Below the pieces are notes generated by a model that saw only the letters and a program-made list of their open reading frames with translations, did not search any database and had not been told where the DNA came from. This document shows positions 43,472-47,166 of a stretch of DNA of 47,166 nt, piece after piece. Source of the stretch: Bradymonadia bacterium (GTDB lineage: Bacteria > Myxococcota_A > Bradymonadia > UBA7976 > UBA1532); contig JBKAGE010000063.1 of the NCBI GenBank assembly GCA_046290225.1, positions 1-47,166 on the forward strand, in the 5' to 3' direction. Made by a program: the position numbers and the translations under genes. Each line of letters starts with the position of its first letter. Within the stretch, counting starts at the first letter, position 1.

Positions 43472-45678
43472 TCACCCCGGCTTTGCCACCAGCTGCTCCA
43501 ACACCCCCTTCAGGGTCTTGATGCGGATCGGCTTGGCGATGTAACCGTCCATGCCCGCGCTCAGACAACGGGCCTGTACCCCAGGCATTGCGTTCGCCGT
43601 CAGGGCCACGATGGGGGGCTGCCGCTCGATGAGATGATCGTTGCGGATGTGCTGACACGCCTCGATGCCGTCGATGCCGGGCATCTGCATGTCCATCAAC
43701 ACCAGCTCGAAAGACCGGCGTCGCAGCTGCTCGATGGCGGCGTACCCGTCCCGGGCCACTTCAACCCCATAGCCGAGGCTGTCGAGCATGACCGAGACCA
43801 CTTTTTCGTTGGTGGGATTGTCCTCGACGACCAGCACAGTGCCCTTCTGCTCTCGTGGAATCTGCAGCCTGCCCTCCGTTTGAGGGCGTCGGTGCTGTGT
43901 ACTGGACCAGCGCGTAATCGACGCCTCGGTGAGCATCTTTGTGAGCACCTCGTCGAGGGCGCTCCGGCGTACAGGCGTGCGCACCCCCGCTCGTCGGGGG
44001 GCCTCTGCCTCGAAGCCCTCTCGGCCAGCGCCTGGCGCGCTCACCACCACGATGCAATACCATGCAGGGTCAACGCGCCTACGGGTCATCTCCTGAACGA
44101 GCGAGCGGCCCTGCCAGCTCATTTGTTGATCGAGGATGCATGCCACCCAGGGTCCCTGCCCCAACATCCTGATCGCGCTGTCGGCATCAGCGGCGATCTC
44201 CGGCGTCAGGCCCAATGCTGTGCACTGGTGACTCAAGCTGAGGGCTTGCTCAAAGACTTCCATGGAGATGAGCACTCGCCCTCTGACCTCCAACTCTGCT
44301 CTCTTCTCGATGATCCCAGTGAAGTCGTCCAACCGCGACAGCGGGCACGGCACCGTCACCTCGAAGACCGAGCCCTCTCCGGGTATGCCAGAGCTCCTGG
44401 CGTGTACGCTGCCCCCCATCATCTCCACGAGCTTGCGCGTGATGGCCAGACCAAGGCCCGTGCCCTCGTGTCTGCGGGTCGAGGATCCGTCGACCTGAGA
44501 GAAGGCGCCGAAGATCGACTCGAGCTGATCTGGAGGAATGCCGGCGCCGGTGTCGGCCACGGTCAACCTCATCCAGGGCACACTCTGCTCAGCGGGATGA
44601 TACGGCTCCAACTGCACCGCCACATGGCCCTCAGCCGTAAACTTGATGGCGTTGCTCACGAGATTGGTCAGGACCTGACGCATGCGAAAGGCGTCGCCGA
44701 GCATGACGGCAGGTACATCCGGATGGACGACATGGGCCAGGGTCAGTCGTCGCCCGGCAAGGGGAGAGAGCACATCGAGCACGTTCTCGATACACCCCTC
44801 GAGTTCGAATGGCAGCTGGGTCAGCTCGAGATGGCCACTCTCGATCTTCGCCAGATCGAGGATGTCGTTGATGATGTCGAGCAGCGCATCACCGCTGAGC
44901 CGGATCGTCTCCATCCAGTCGCGCTGATGATCGTCGAGGGGGGTCTCCAACAAGAGCTCGGTCATGCCGATGATGGCGTTCATCGGCGTACGGATCTCAT
45001 GGCTCATGTTCGCCAGGAACGAGCTCTTGGCCCGGGCTGCCTCTTCGGCAGCCTCTTTGGCCATGCGCAGGGCTTCTTCTTCTTTTCGCCGCAACTGCAC
45101 TGTGGGCGTGACGTCGACAAAGATGAGCACCGCCCCCCTCAGCTCACCGTCGACCTCCACGGGGTTGGCGGTCACCGTGGCATAGAACACATCGCCCTTT
45201 CGCGGGTGCAGGCAGACTTCGTCGGCGCGAAAGGGCTGACGCTCGGTGAAGACAGCCTGTCTCAACACCGTGGTGAACTCGGTGTTGCAGAAAATCTGCT
45301 CAAGGATCTCGCCCCCGTGGGGGACTGCATCACCCTCGGACCACGCCAACAAACGCTCTGCTGCGGGGTTCAGGCTCACCATATTGCCAGCGCGGTCGAG
45401 GGTGCACAGACCTGCGTCGAGGGATCGGATGACCCGACTGAGCTTGTCTCTCTCTTCAGCGATCTGACTGGCTGTGCTCTGACGCAGGTCTTCATAGAGG
45501 GCCTGCATCTCTTCGGAAGAGATGGCCAGAGATCTCTCCAACAGATAGCGACCATCATCGGCCTGTTGATAGTGACCGCTGACTCTGTCCAGGAACCTCT
45601 GCCAGTCTTCCAGAGAGCTGGGCAGAGCCTCTGCGGAGAGTCCGGCCTTGCGAAGCTGTCGCTCGAGAACCTTGTGCA

Positions 45679-45682
<4 letters not shown>
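43472..45682 (-). CDS. Hybrid sensor histidine kinase/response regulator (PAS-HisKA-HATPase-degenerate REC-REC)
   Basis: H-box FLANMSHEIRTPMN, N-box QVLTNLVSNAIKFT, G boxes DTGAGI and GTGLGL, C-terminal receiver VLVVEDN...LMDMQMPGIDG...ALTANA...KP. Start overlaps the FIST gene stop. Confidence 0.95.
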
Positions 45683-46815
<1,133 letters not shown>

Positions 46816-47091
46816 GAGGTACTCCCCACGGACAGACAGACGCTCATCATATCAGAGTAGGACCTTCTCTTCGGGCTCTCAGTGTTTCCTCAGCGCCCGA
46901 AGGGCAGGCCAGACAGGCTCGCTCGCTTACACTCGCTGTGCTCTCTTGAGGTTTCTGTAGAACTGCTCTTCGGGCTCTTCTATACCTCCTCGAAGCTCTG
47001 TTGGCGTCGAGCGTCGTAGCGACATCAGCGCGGCGATGCCACGCATCAGACCGGCGCTGGGTGCTCGCCGTAGCCTCCGGCTCTGATCGTC

Positions 47092-47166
47092 CTACACATC
47101 TTTTGGTGTAGTGGTGGATTGGTTAGCGGCGAGCCAGCCCAGCTCGAACATGAGGATTTTTTCGAA
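47092..47166 (-). CDS. Possible 3' end of a gene truncated by the window edge
   Basis: Minus-strand frame open from the edge reads FEKILMFELGWLAANQSTTTPKDV-stop. Too short to identify. Confidence 0.3.
   Translation of the reverse strand, partial: FEKILMFELGWLAANQSTTTPKDV

Overview
GC-rich bacterial window. The gene style (many Cys-rich and acidic lipoproteins, VIT/vWA, TSP3, FG-GAP and carboxypeptidase-regulatory-like/PDZ proteins) suggests Myxococcota or a relative; this is inference, not a taxonomic assignment. About 26 CDS are supportable. Recognisable enzymes and regulators: DJ-1/PfpI protein, LysR regulator, Cys-based phosphatase plus cupin, OafA-type acyltransferase, M1 aminopeptidase with HEAT repeats, AlkB alkane 1-monooxygenase, a lipB-lipA-aminotransferase operon, and a FIST (NosP-like) protein coupled to a hybrid histidine kinase. 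The most unusual elements are: (i) a 2,649-aa lipoprotein built almost entirely from about 45 symmetric six-Cys modules plus small four-Cys knots, with a mosaic 900-bp higher-order repeat, lying between an aminopeptidase and a lipoprotein serine hydrolase; (ii) a 489-bp non-coding element of two inverted ~175-bp arms whose differences fall in hairpin loops and include a compensatory base-pair change; (iii) a ~2,150-aa lipoprotein adhesin combining TSP3, FG-GAP, RTX-like and cadherin-like domains; (iv) two further families of dispersed palindromic repeats. No rRNA, intact tRNA, CRISPR array, transposase or integrase was seen. All calls are by eye from motifs, without database searches.
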